Source: a virus. From it: a DNA stretch of 64,000 bases. Shown here in pieces: positions 17,212-27,088 of the stretch. The DNA lies in the IMG/VR virus record IMGVR_UViG_3300030503_000212, positions 38,493 through 102,492 of that record; one strand, given 5' to 3'. A program made the translations under genes and the position numbers. A model generated the notes under the pieces. The model saw only the letters and a list, made by a program, of their open reading frames with translations, had not been told where the DNA came from and made no database searches. Numbering within the stretch: position 1 is the first letter of the stretch; every line of letters begins with the position of its first letter.

Positions 17212-18711
17212 GTGACGATGGCAGCTCCTACAGGACCCATTCAACTCATCGGTACAATAGAAAGTTCCTTGGGAGTTCCGTTCAACGGGGCTTTTCTATT
17301 GCAGTTGAATACATACGGCTCCGTTTTACCATCAGCCGGTGGTGGGAAATACATCGGAGTCAGTCCAACTACTGTTGTACGTGTTCCGGTTATCAATGGA
17401 CAGGTACAGGCATCACCCCAGATTTATGTTTGGGGCAACGATGCAATGCAGGGCAATACGTGGTACATCGTCAAGCAGATAGACAGTAACGGCAACATTC
17501 TGATGACGATTAATGTGCTGATCGTTGGCAGCTCTCCCTATGATTTGGGATCGATGCAGCCCTATCAGACAGCCGGACTTCCGTCGTATCTGGCTATCGG
17601 GCAGCTCCTGGGCCAACCCGGCCCTCCATTAGTCCCGTACGGCGCGTGGTCGTCAACAGTAAATTACCCTGCTGGAGCTGTGGTCTCGAACGGTGGCCAA
17701 TCCTTTATCAGCTTGCAGGCCGGAAACATTGGATACCCTCCTACGCTTGCAGGATCAGCTCCATTCTGGATGCTACTGGCGAACGGCTATCAGCTCAATG
17801 AGTACATTGCATCGATCACATTCACAGGCGTTCAGACAATGGTCGTTACACATGGGCTTAATACGCTAACGCCTATCATCCAAGCATTTGTAGCATCTGG
17901 AACGACGCAGTACACAGCAAATGTTATTGACGCGAACAATATTCAGCTCAAGTGGTTTGGAGCAGCGGTTGTTCAGTTGCTCGTTGCCACACCCTCCGAG
18001 TTCATCAACACAGCAGCCTCATACAACGCATCAGCTCTGCCGACTGGTGGACTTGTAGCCCATTGGCCGATGAACGAGGGTTCAGGATCGACGTTCTACA
18101 ACACACAAAATAGTGCGAACAACATTACAGCCACTGGTGTTACCTGGGCTGATCTACCGGGTACATCTCAGCTTGCTCCAACATTTGCTGATGGTAGTTC
18201 TGCTGTTGCTGCTGTCGTCGATCCTCTAGCGGACTTTGATGGGTCAAAACCGTTCTGTGTTTCGATGTGGATTGAGAACAATGCGCCGGATACACACATC
18301 AGAAATCTGTTGACAGGTTTGTTTCCAGGTGGGATCGCAAACCAGAACACAACGGGTTTCAACTGGACGATTCAAGGGGCAACCGGGTCTCTCGTTCGGA
18401 ATTTCAGTACACCCACAACAGTCGGCACGCTTTATCACATTGTTTGGATGTATGACGGATCAAAGAGTGCTGGAGCTGTCAGCTCGTTGACCGGATTGTT
18501 CCGATACGTCAATGGTGCGGCTGATAATAATACGTTCGGACCGACAACCAGCAATCTCACAGTCACACAGTTCTCAGCCACGCCCGTTACATTGGGTGGC
18601 GCTGCTAGTGGCGGCTTTGTGGGCAAGATTGCTGGTCTCCGTGTCTACAACAGAATGTTGCAGGCTTTTGAAATCACACAGCTTTATCAAGCTGGACCGG
18701 CAGGAGTGTAG
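17212..18711 (+). CDS. virion/tail fibre protein with CBM5/12-like module and C-terminal LamG/ConA-like domain
   Basis: WSSTVNYPAGAVVSNGGQSF...PFW; LVAHWPMNEGSG...SMWI...YHIVWMYDG...LRVYNRML. Confidence 0.8.
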   Translation: MTMAAPTGPIQLIGTIESSLGVPFNGAFLLQLNTYGSVLPSAGGGKYIGVSPTTVVRVPVINGQVQASPQIYVWGNDAMQGNTWYIVKQIDSNGNILMTINVLIVGSSPYDLGSMQPYQTAGLPSYLAIGQLLGQPGPPLVPYGAWSSTVNYPAGAVVSNGGQSFISLQAGNIGYPPTLAGSAPFWMLLANGYQLNEYIASITFTGVQTMVVTHGLNTLTPIIQAFVASGTTQYTANVIDANNIQLKWFGAAVVQLLVATPSEFINTAASYNASALPTGGLVAHWPMNEGSGSTFYNTQNSANNITATGVTWADLPGTSQLAPTFADGSSAVAAVVDPLADFDGSKPFCVSMWIENNAPDTHIRNLLTGLFPGGIANQNTTGFNWTIQGATGSLVRNFSTPTTVGTLYHIVWMYDGSKSAGAVSSLTGLFRYVNGAADNNTFGPTTSNLTVTQFSATPVTLGGAASGGFVGKIAGLRVYNRMLQAFEITQLYQAGPAGV

Positions 18712-18714
18712 ATC

Positions 18715-21087
18715 ATGTCCATCGTAGCGTTTCCAGCACAAGTTTCGAGCACTACTTTCTATGCCAGTCAATGCGGCTGTGCCCTTGATGGTGTGACAGA
18801 TGATGCTCCAATCATCAATGCCATTCTCGCTACAGCAACACAGGCTACGCCCATTAAGTTCATCATTGATGGCTTAGCAGCGGTATCTGACCTTACGATC
18901 TCGCCCCTTGGTTTCACAACGATTGAGGGTTTGGGTTGGTCAACAGGATTTATCCGGATTCCCTCGGGTACGTTCTCCAATAACGGTATCAGCATTGGGC
19001 CGTATTCGTTATCCAATCCTTATCAGGATGGACAGACTGTTGCGTCGCCTGCAATAACAGCGAACTACATTGAGTTGCGTGATTTCAGTATGAATCTGAA
19101 TTTCCCATCGGGGAATCCGTCGTTTACAGCAGCGAATTTCCCTGTGTCTGGCGCACCACCTCATGCAACGTTTGGAATTTGTCTATTCGGTTGCAATGAA
19201 GTATTGATCGATCATCTCCTGCTTTTAGCACCTCCGTACTACAACATTCTTGTGTCGAACTGCACGAACGTAACGGTCCAAAATTGTGATCTCTTGTCCA
19301 ACACGCAACTGCGTGATGGTGTTCACATTGACGGGCCGTCATCCAACATCAAGGTGCTCAATTGCGATATTGCAACTGGCGATGACGGTATCGCGATTAA
19401 CTGCCCTGAGGGTGCTGGTGGTGATATCAACGGTGTGTTCATTGACAACTGCCGGTTCACAGCTGCGGGTAGCTTGGTGCGTATTTACACGTCAACATCC
19501 GCACTCCCAGGAGCTATTTATCATGCCCGCAACATTGTGATTTCGAACTGCACTGGAACATCACTCGGTGCGCCGATTCATATTGGTGTTGAGGGTGCTC
19601 CAGCATCTACTGTGGAGCAGGTGCATGATGTCATTGTGAGCAATTGCAGCTTTGGATCAAATGCAGCTGAGAGTGTTGGTTTCCTTTCAATCAACATGCC
19701 GTTCGATCTGGTCATCATCCGTGACTGCATATATTTGCCGACAACAACGAGCCCGGTGGTGGCTGTACAGTCGCTTTCGACAGCAGGTACATTGGAACTG
19801 CGCAACCTCAAGGTCATGCGGAATGCAGATGGCAACGCGGCACCTGCGTTTATTTCACTGCAAAACTGCACGATTAACAAATTGGTCCTTGATATTAGTG
19901 TTGAGGATTTGGTGGGGAGTTCCTACACACCACTCCCAACAGTAATAACTGCATCAGGAGCATTCGGCAGCGGCAGCGGCTCAACAATAAGTCATCTTGT
20001 CATTGAGCGAATCGGTACGCTCCATATTACTCAGCTATTTGACTCTACGTTTGGACCCGCCTTTACGGTTACATCCGTTGAGGGCAGCGGTGTTCTGAAC
20101 ACAGGCTGGGAGATACCAGATGCCAACATGGGCAACAACTCGCCTTATATCTCCAGCACAGAGGCCGGGGATGTGTCGATCAAAATTAGTGGTGTGCCTT
20201 ATGCGTTTCAGTTCTCATCCGGGGTTGCTCCGCTTGCATTCAATTTGCTGTCTAGCGGAGTAAATCTTTCAGCAGCGATGGTCCTGGGTAGTGGGGCGAG
20301 CCTGACAGCGAGCGGTGGTGGTTCGATTAGTGCTAACGAGCTGAACGGTGCGCTTGTTCCCGCATCGAGCGCGGTACTAGGCTCAAATTCGTTGGGACAG
20401 CTTACCAATAACTCAGCGTCGTTCCCATCGTTGACAGGGACCAACCTGCACACAGGGGCTAATACGTTTTCTGGTGTGGTGACGGGAGCAGGCTTTACGG
20501 CAACCGGTGCAGCCCCACTCCTTATCCCCAATAGCACGTTCATCGAAGCACTAACGAGCGGTGGCGGCGCTGCTGCAATCATTGGGGTGAGTGGTGGCGC
20601 GGGCAATGCACTGTTGGTGGGATCTCCAGCAGCAACTGGCACAGGCGGTGTTCATCTTTACGCCAGCGGTACGGATGCGTTGGATGTCACAAGTCTTGGT
20701 GTATTTTCCAACGTGCCGCTCACAGCTCCGAATATTAATCAGGTTTTGTATGCCGAGTTTTTCCTGGGGCTAACTGGAGCAGTCCTTTCGACGACTGGTG
20801 CAATAACACCAAGTACGGGTTTATATCGGATATCGACGCAGGTTCGAGTTGTTGGTGGAGCTACAGCTGGGACTGTTGTGTTGACAGCGAACTGGACGGA
20901 CAGCCATGCAGTTGAGGGCAATACGATGGCGAATGTTTCCTTAGTAAACGCGTCTAATACGTTCCAAAGTATTATGGTGATAGCCAACGGCGGAACAGCT
21001 TTGAAATTCAATACCACATGCGCCGCGACAGGATCTTATTCGTATGATCTTGCAGTCATGTTCGAGTTAATACCCGCAGTAGCTTAG
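18715..21087 (+). CDS. tailspike/depolymerase with pectin-lyase-like beta-helix
   Basis: DGVTDDAPIINA start; repeated N/V/I-x-I-x-NC rungs; RDGVHIDG...ATGDDGIAIN GH28-like acidic motif. Confidence 0.85.
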   Translation: MSIVAFPAQVSSTTFYASQCGCALDGVTDDAPIINAILATATQATPIKFIIDGLAAVSDLTISPLGFTTIEGLGWSTGFIRIPSGTFSNNGISIGPYSLSNPYQDGQTVASPAITANYIELRDFSMNLNFPSGNPSFTAANFPVSGAPPHATFGICLFGCNEVLIDHLLLLAPPYYNILVSNCTNVTVQNCDLLSNTQLRDGVHIDGPSSNIKVLNCDIATGDDGIAINCPEGAGGDINGVFIDNCRFTAAGSLVRIYTSTSALPGAIYHARNIVISNCTGTSLGAPIHIGVEGAPASTVEQVHDVIVSNCSFGSNAAESVGFLSINMPFDLVIIRDCIYLPTTTSPVVAVQSLSTAGTLELRNLKVMRNADGNAAPAFISLQNCTINKLVLDISVEDLVGSSYTPLPTVITASGAFGSGSGSTISHLVIERIGTLHITQLFDSTFGPAFTVTSVEGSGVLNTGWEIPDANMGNNSPYISSTEAGDVSIKISGVPYAFQFSSGVAPLAFNLLSSGVNLSAAMVLGSGASLTASGGGSISANELNGALVPASSAVLGSNSLGQLTNNSASFPSLTGTNLHTGANTFSGVVTGAGFTATGAAPLLIPNSTFIEALTSGGGAAAIIGVSGGAGNALLVGSPAATGTGGVHLYASGTDALDVTSLGVFSNVPLTAPNINQVLYAEFFLGLTGAVLSTTGAITPSTGLYRISTQVRVVGGATAGTVVLTANWTDSHAVEGNTMANVSLVNASNTFQSIMVIANGGTALKFNTTCAATGSYSYDLAVMFELIPAVA

Positions 21088-21121
21088 CGCAACATAAAGT
21101 CAGTGGGAAAGGGACTTATTT

Positions 21122-21607
21122 ATGACGGTCAATCAAATATGGATCAGGATCATTGACAGTATTCTCAGTGGGGCAGCATTCTCGATATTTGCCTGCATCT
21201 TGATGTTTGCCCGGTACAGGAAACAGAACAGTAAAGGTGTGTTGTTCGCAATTGCATTTTGCATCATTACAGCAGGCAACGCCTTTTGTGTGGCATACGA
21301 CCTGTACAACAATTCTCACGTACTGATGACAATCATAGGGCCGCTTGCATCAGTCACTAAGATTCTGTTCGCACTGTACTGCTGGCATAATTTCAGTGCG
21401 ATTGCTATTGTTGTCCGCAAGCACATACAAGACTACTTTTTGCAGAACAATCCTGAGGCGCATATTGACCGGCAGCAGCGTCGGATAAATCTGGGATACC
21501 TATCAGAGATGACACGAGCACGGGCCACTGCGGTTTTGTCTTGGACGATGATGAGGAGCACGGCAAATGACAATCCCGATTCCGGCGTGGGTATCAACCC
21601 TCGGTAG
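21122..21607 (+). CDS. 3-TM membrane protein
   Basis: Three hydrophobic segments followed by a soluble tail. Confidence 0.6.
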   Translation: MTVNQIWIRIIDSILSGAAFSIFACILMFARYRKQNSKGVLFAIAFCIITAGNAFCVAYDLYNNSHVLMTIIGPLASVTKILFALYCWHNFSAIAIVVRKHIQDYFLQNNPEAHIDRQQRRINLGYLSEMTRARATAVLSWTMMRSTANDNPDSGVGINPR

Positions 21608-21920
21608 TTTGTCGCCCCTCATCGTGGGGGTGGCTGGCATTCTGGTGGGCCGTAAAACAAAAGCGGCGACGGACGATGTCAGGTACAGTGATTTGCATAC
21701 GCGCATCACCACTCTTGAGGAGGTCCAGTCAAAGCATGTGCAGACTTTAGCAGCCGTGCAACAGACTTTAGAGTTCTTTGAGGATCGGTTTATTCGCATA
21801 GAGCAGGTTGGCGATGCTACAGCTGGAATGGTTGCTGAAATGCGTGGAATGCTTTATGCCATGAACGGACAAGTTCCGCCCCCGATACAAATAGCTCCGA
21901 TGCTGCCGAGGCGCAGATAG
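21567..21920 (+). CDS. single-TM plus coiled-coil protein (possible holin/lysis accessory)
   Basis: N-terminal TM then heptad repeats; RBS GAGGAG. Confidence 0.55.
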   Translation: MTIPIPAWVSTLGSLSPLIVGVAGILVGRKTKAATDDVRYSDLHTRITTLEEVQSKHVQTLAAVQQTLEFFEDRFIRIEQVGDATAGMVAEMRGMLYAMNGQVPPPIQIAPMLPRRR

Positions 21921-22642
21921 TGAATCAGTTCGATATACAAACCGCAGCGCTCTCTAATCGCAGGTGCTGGCAGATAGCACGTAAGACATTACGGGTTGAC
22001 CCACGCTGTGCCCAGAGAGATCAGCTCCAACTTTATGTTGCACGTTTACACGATGCATTGGATACGATAGGCGACGAGTACCTGAACGATCCAGATACTG
22101 TTGAGGACAACACGAACAAGCATCATGGGATCTTGCTGGCAGTGGCTACCCCCATGATTGCCGGAGCCTATCTGGCAGGCTATCGCCAGACGAGTGCAAT
22201 CCTTGATCAGAAAGTATCTCCGGCAACGGTCCAGCTGATTCAAGCTGAGGCTCAAGGCCGGGCCGGGTACATGGCGTCAACCATGACCCAGACGACGCGG
22301 GAACGGGCTCCTGTGCTCTCGGGCGACCCAGACAGCGATCAGGAGCTTACCCAGGCATTCAGGGGTGGTTATACGTTCTCTAAAGATCGTGCTAAGGCTG
22401 CTACGACCTACGAGATGGTCAAAGGCTATAAGGCCATGGTGGAACGCTCCCTGAGAGCCTCAGGACAGTCTTGGGGCAAGTGGTGGGAAGTTTCTGATGC
22501 TCATGAGGTTCAGGATGACTGCGATTTGAACGAGGATGCTGGCGTAATCCCGATAGGGCAGGAGTTTCCGTCTGGAGATCAACAGGAACCTCAACACCTT
22601 TTTTGCCAATGTAGTGTTTTCTATACAAGGATGGATCTATGA
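21920..22642 (+). CDS. MuF/SPP1 gp7-like head morphogenesis protein
   Basis: KWWEVSD...DDCDLN...IPIGQEFPSGDQQEPQHLFCQC C-terminal signature. Confidence 0.8.
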   Translation: MNQFDIQTAALSNRRCWQIARKTLRVDPRCAQRDQLQLYVARLHDALDTIGDEYLNDPDTVEDNTNKHHGILLAVATPMIAGAYLAGYRQTSAILDQKVSPATVQLIQAEAQGRAGYMASTMTQTTRERAPVLSGDPDSDQELTQAFRGGYTFSKDRAKAATTYEMVKGYKAMVERSLRASGQSWGKWWEVSDAHEVQDDCDLNEDAGVIPIGQEFPSGDQQEPQHLFCQCSVFYTRMDL

Positions 22643-23409
22643 CGATCAACAAATGGTGTTTGGTAGCTCTTACGGTGTGTGGTTGTGCCTGCTTAATTGT
22701 GTTGACGATGTTTCTGTTGACAGCACGCCATACTGACTTAGTGTTGCAGAATCGTACAGCCGTGTTTATGGACTCTACAACGGCAGTTGTCAAAACGTTG
22801 ACTAAGGCATGCCCTATTGGGGTCAGTGCAGGACCCGATTGCGGTCTACTGGTACAGCTCAACAACTCCATTGTGCAGCTCAATAATGTCACTGTGCAAT
22901 TGAAATCGGTTGCTGGTGGTGTCAATAATCTTATGTTTGCCAGCACCCAGACAGTCAACAGTCTTAACGCTACGGTTGAAAAGATCAATCGGGACTGTGG
23001 GGATAAAGCTGACGATGCATGCGGAACATTAGCCGACGTTGCCAAGACACTCAACACTTTTCGGAGGACGGCGGGATACGCTGAGATAGCTGCGGATCAC
23101 GAGGATAAAAACCTTACGAAACTGGATGGACAAGAGGCTATGCTGTTTAGCGATTTTCATAATACGTTGGGATCAGGCAGAGATAGTATTGACAGTCTGA
23201 CCATTCTGTTGAAAAACACAAACATTCCTGTAGTCATAAAGAACGTAGCTGACATGACGACAACCGGCAATCACATGTTGGTTACGGCTGACGCCGTGGA
23301 GACCAAGTTGACGAAATGCACACTACACCCTACGTTCGGCTGCACGTTCAAGGCTGATGCAATCTTTGGAGCTCAGGTGAGCGGCTATATCCTGTCAGGC
23401 TTGCACTAA
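22639..23409 (+). CDS. membrane-anchored helical/coiled-coil protein
   Basis: N-terminal Cys-rich TM then amphipathic helices. Confidence 0.65.
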   Translation: MTINKWCLVALTVCGCACLIVLTMFLLTARHTDLVLQNRTAVFMDSTTAVVKTLTKACPIGVSAGPDCGLLVQLNNSIVQLNNVTVQLKSVAGGVNNLMFASTQTVNSLNATVEKINRDCGDKADDACGTLADVAKTLNTFRRTAGYAEIAADHEDKNLTKLDGQEAMLFSDFHNTLGSGRDSIDSLTILLKNTNIPVVIKNVADMTTTGNHMLVTADAVETKLTKCTLHPTFGCTFKADAIFGAQVSGYILSGLH

Positions 23410-23472
23410 TTGTTGTAGAGTAGACGTATTCCTGTGGCAGCATTCATAAGTAAGTTTTGAGGTATAGAGGCG

Positions 23473-23622
23473 ATGGCACACGTCGGACACAAAGTCATGA
23501 AATGTCGCCAGTGCGGCGCAGTCGTTTTGCAGTGCCGTTGTATGGAACCAGATAAGACTGTTGAGTATGTCGACAGCTGTTCGCGTTGTGAATTAGTAGC
23601 TGCGACACCAGGGAGGGTTTAG
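23473..23622 (+). CDS. 49-aa Cys-rich protein (not in ORF track)
   Basis: GAGG RBS; CRQC, CRC, CSRC. Confidence 0.5.
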   Translation: MAHVGHKVMKCRQCGAVVLQCRCMEPDKTVEYVDSCSRCELVAATPGRV

Positions 23623-23624
23623 CT

Positions 23625-24071
23625 ATGCCGAACGTAAATAACTTTGTGTACGACCATGCCGGATTAGTACTGACAGAGGGTTTTGAGGGTCTACGGTTGG
23701 TAGGCTACCCGGATGTCAGGGGTGTTCCGACGAACGGCTACGGGCATACAGGACCTGATGTGTATATCGGGCAGATCATCGAACAAGCACAGGCTGAGGC
23801 ATGGCTGGCAAGCGATATCGCTTGGGCGGCTCAGGCTGTCAACGATATGGTGACTGTCCCTATCGATCAGAATCAGTTTGATGCCTTGGTAGATTTCGTG
23901 TTCAATGATGGAGCTCAGGCATTCAAAACTTCACACCTTTTGATATTCATCAACGAAAATAATTTTGCAGCAGCTGAGGACCAGTTTATGTTGTGGGTCA
24001 ACTCCGGTGGCAAACGGTTCGATGGTCTGGTACGTCGTCGGACAGCCGAAGTCGCATTATTCAAGCAGTAA
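23625..24071 (+). CDS. endolysin, GH24 phage lysozyme
   Basis: FEGLRLVGYPDVRGVPTNGYGHT catalytic E/D/T; QNQFDALVDFVFN; GLVRRRTAE. Confidence 0.93.
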   Translation: MPNVNNFVYDHAGLVLTEGFEGLRLVGYPDVRGVPTNGYGHTGPDVYIGQIIEQAQAEAWLASDIAWAAQAVNDMVTVPIDQNQFDALVDFVFNDGAQAFKTSHLLIFINENNFAAAEDQFMLWVNSGGKRFDGLVRRRTAEVALFKQ

Positions 24072-24111
24072 AACGCGAACAAGTTCATAGATTCAAAATG
24101 GGAGAAACACA

Positions 24112-26040
24112 ATGATTGCCAATCGTAGTTTGGTTCAGCAGCATGTACCGGGCGACGCTAAAGTGCGTGCTCGTTGGGCGCGAACGTTCGCGCCCTCGTC
24201 CAAGTTCTATTACACACGTGTTCGCTTGTTGAATGCGGCGCTGCCTGAGGAAACTGCGAACATCACAGCCAATACCACGATCAAGCGTCAGCCACTTATT
24301 ATTGACGCGAATACCCGCAATTACGGTCGTGTTGGAACGTTCATTCCCAAGTGCCTCGTCATAGCTGGCAATGCGGTACGGCGTGAGGCTCTAGGACAAG
24401 GCAAGAGCTATGCGATGGCATGGGTCGGTGAGAATGCGCTGCGAGACATGAACGTATTCGCCTCGGATGGCATCAGCTACGACGAGCTGTATCAGAAACT
24501 CAGTGCGGCGCTGCGTAAAAAGTTCAAACAGGGATCTGGTGATGGCTACGATGATGTTGCCGAGGTCGGGTACTCCTTAGGTGGCCCTTACATCAGTTCC
24601 GTGTTTCCGTTTGACAACAACGTTATTTTTTCACTCAACGGACAGACATTTCAACTGGATTACACCATCGATACGCAGGCTCGTACCGTGGCGTTCACGG
24701 GTACGCCTGTCAAGGTGGAGCAAGAGTATGTGGATGTGGACGGATGCGGCAGTATAGATTCGTTCGATCCTCGTTCCCGTGCTCCGTATGTCCCTACAGG
24801 GCTGCGAGTGAACCCAACGATGGTTCTGCCAAGCCTGTTTACTGTCTCGCTTGGTGCCGTTAATTCCGAGTTGCGGAATCCTATGTTTGGTGAGGCATTC
24901 TTGAACGTAGACAAGGTGGTTAATGCCTATCTCAGCGACATCAAGAACGGTACTCATCAGGCCGTGGTTCCGTGGGGATCTCCCATCCCTCTTACACGGA
25001 TGGTGTTTGCCGGTGAGCTGCGAAATCGCGGTGTGAATTCGCCAGCAGATTTCTTTGTATGGGTCGATGCCAACAAGTCCAAAACGGTTAGCGGAGATCC
25101 TGTTGACGCGGACGACTTTGCGTACATCGGCGACCCCAAGAAAAAGGAGACTTGGAAATTGCCCATTCATGATAAGGGACATGTGCGGGATGCGATGTCA
25201 CGGTTCGATCAGACGGATCTGCCGTCTGAGGCCAAACCCAAGGTCGCCCGTAAGATTTCCAAGCGGGCTAAGGGCATGGGTATCGATACGACCGACTTTG
25301 ACAAGGAATACACTGTCAAGGCCGGTGGTCCTGGGAGTGGGCCGCGTCCCCACGGTGGCTCGGGAACAGGGCACAGCAACAGTAACGATCAGGCGGCAAC
25401 AGTAAGTGAGTTTAAGAATCGTGGTTATAGCGGACACGAGACACCAGACCCAGACGGAACAGTTCATCTGTCCAAGTCCAGTGACGATCCGAACACGGGC
25501 GACCGTGATGCCCACATTCATGAGGATGGATCATGGACACATTCTGATGAGCACTACAACACTAAGAAAGGCGGCGCGTCATACGACGTGGCTAAGCAGC
25601 TTGGGCCTGTTGCAGTGAAAGCTGGAGGTCCAGGCAGCGGTCCCAGACCTGGCGGTGGCCACGATGCTTATGATGACGGACAGCACGGTAAAAAACCCAG
25701 CAATGATGAACGTGGTTATGAGGACGGACAGAGAGATCCAGCCGGTTTCAAGCATGACCATGACTCACGAGATGCTACAGTTGCAGCGTTTAAGGACAAG
25801 GGTTACAAAGAGGATACTCCTGAACCCGGTACAGAAACAGTGGACCATGGTGGACGCTCTTTGAGTCGCGATGACGGTGCTAAGGGGTTCAAACATGCTG
25901 AGGTGCATCCTGACGGCACGTTCACACACACTGCTGGACCGTGGGATACGTATCGCGGGCGGAATGCGGGTGAGGTAGGCAAACTGCTAGGAGCCACCAG
26001 TAAGAAAAAGTCACTACGTGCAAAGCTGTTGGGCCGGTAG
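24112..26040 (+). CDS. multidomain head-associated protein with two V-K-A-GGPGSG-led modules
   Basis: SYDELYQKLSAAL...YISSVFP domain; LPIHDKGHVRDAMSRF (DUF6582-like); two homologous C-terminal modules. Confidence 0.75.
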   Translation: MIANRSLVQQHVPGDAKVRARWARTFAPSSKFYYTRVRLLNAALPEETANITANTTIKRQPLIIDANTRNYGRVGTFIPKCLVIAGNAVRREALGQGKSYAMAWVGENALRDMNVFASDGISYDELYQKLSAALRKKFKQGSGDGYDDVAEVGYSLGGPYISSVFPFDNNVIFSLNGQTFQLDYTIDTQARTVAFTGTPVKVEQEYVDVDGCGSIDSFDPRSRAPYVPTGLRVNPTMVLPSLFTVSLGAVNSELRNPMFGEAFLNVDKVVNAYLSDIKNGTHQAVVPWGSPIPLTRMVFAGELRNRGVNSPADFFVWVDANKSKTVSGDPVDADDFAYIGDPKKKETWKLPIHDKGHVRDAMSRFDQTDLPSEAKPKVARKISKRAKGMGIDTTDFDKEYTVKAGGPGSGPRPHGGSGTGHSNSNDQAATVSEFKNRGYSGHETPDPDGTVHLSKSSDDPNTGDRDAHIHEDGSWTHSDEHYNTKKGGASYDVAKQLGPVAVKAGGPGSGPRPGGGHDAYDDGQHGKKPSNDERGYEDGQRDPAGFKHDHDSRDATVAAFKDKGYKEDTPEPGTETVDHGGRSLSRDDGAKGFKHAEVHPDGTFTHTAGPWDTYRGRNAGEVGKLLGATSKKKSLRAKLLGR

Positions 26041-26120
26041 TTCTAAGGCAACAGTTTCTCCCTCAGTGCATGGCCGGGCTCATTGTCCCGGCCATCTCTG
26101 TTTTGCTAGAGGGTGTCATA

Positions 26121-26510
26121 ATGAGAACTTTTCTTTTGGGAGTTTGTTATGCGTTGTTAGGATTAGGCGGCGGAATACTGTTGGGAATGTTCTTTGACAG
26201 TCATGACTTTTTCGATACCGTTCTGAAAAACAAGGGTGTCATCATTTTCAACGGCGGATTACTGTTGACATCGGCTATCAAAGTGCTGCCTCCTCCAGGC
26301 GTTCCGTTCGACATCTACACATTTGTCTACGACTGGACACATCAGTTTCTCAACATTACGAATACACGGTTGCAATCAAACCCAATCATTCAGCCGCCGA
26401 TTAACGCACCGACTACAATCATAGAGCAACAGAAAGTCATACCAGATGTACCCACATCTACTGTTGCGTCCCCAAAAAGTACGAGTGGCTCAGGCCGCTA
26501 CAATCTGTAA
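26121..26510 (+). CDS. membrane protein (possible holin-like)
   Basis: Hydrophobic N-terminal segments; GAGGG RBS. Confidence 0.55.
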   Translation: MRTFLLGVCYALLGLGGGILLGMFFDSHDFFDTVLKNKGVIIFNGGLLLTSAIKVLPPPGVPFDIYTFVYDWTHQFLNITNTRLQSNPIIQPPINAPTTIIEQQKVIPDVPTSTVASPKSTSGSGRYNL

Positions 26511-26522
26511 GGAGGTCAGTAA

Positions 26523-27029
26523 ATGGATATCAAGTTGTCCGGTACAACACCCGGATCATTGTCAGGCAGCGGTGGTACAGCAGGATTCGTACCACTCGAC
26601 AACACGAATACAGAGGTAATTTCAAACGAAAGTGCTAAGTTTGCCTCCGGAGCCAAACGCAGTGAGATCAAGCCGTCATTTCACCTGATTCCACCTGAGG
26701 CCAAAGAACGGCTTGCCATCAGATATACGATGGGAGCTGAAAAGTACGGTATGCTCAACTATTTGGTGGGCATCAACGATCCAGCATTTGTTCGTCAGCT
26801 CATCGATCATCTTGAGGACCATCTTGAGGATTTCAAGATCAACGGATGTCTTACGGACGATAATCTGGCGGCAATTATGTGGGCTGCTGCTACGCTGATC
26901 GTGGTTGAGACCTACAATCCGACCATTCTTACGGAGGGGATTTTTGCTCCGCGCCGGAAAGTTATTGCTGACGCCCTGGCAGCAGCCCGCGCTCCGCAAA
27001 ACCTGTTTGAGGGAAAGCCCAAAACGTAG
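26523..27029 (+). CDS. dATP/dGTP diphosphohydrolase-like (DUF5664) protein
   Basis: GAKR...FHLIPP...GAEKYG..NY..G...DHL..HL...DNLAAIMW. Confidence 0.8.
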   Translation: MDIKLSGTTPGSLSGSGGTAGFVPLDNTNTEVISNESAKFASGAKRSEIKPSFHLIPPEAKERLAIRYTMGAEKYGMLNYLVGINDPAFVRQLIDHLEDHLEDFKINGCLTDDNLAAIMWAAATLIVVETYNPTILTEGIFAPRRKVIADALAAARAPQNLFEGKPKT

Positions 27030-27088
27030 ATCAAAATCCGCGTATACTTACAACAGTTTTTCAACCCGCTGCACACAGGAGTTCCAAA

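Noticed and set aside
21122-21430. Faint resemblance of the 3-TM protein to ethylene-receptor-type sensor domains
   Set aside because: The Cys/His metal ligands are absent and similarity is limited to hydrophobic pattern
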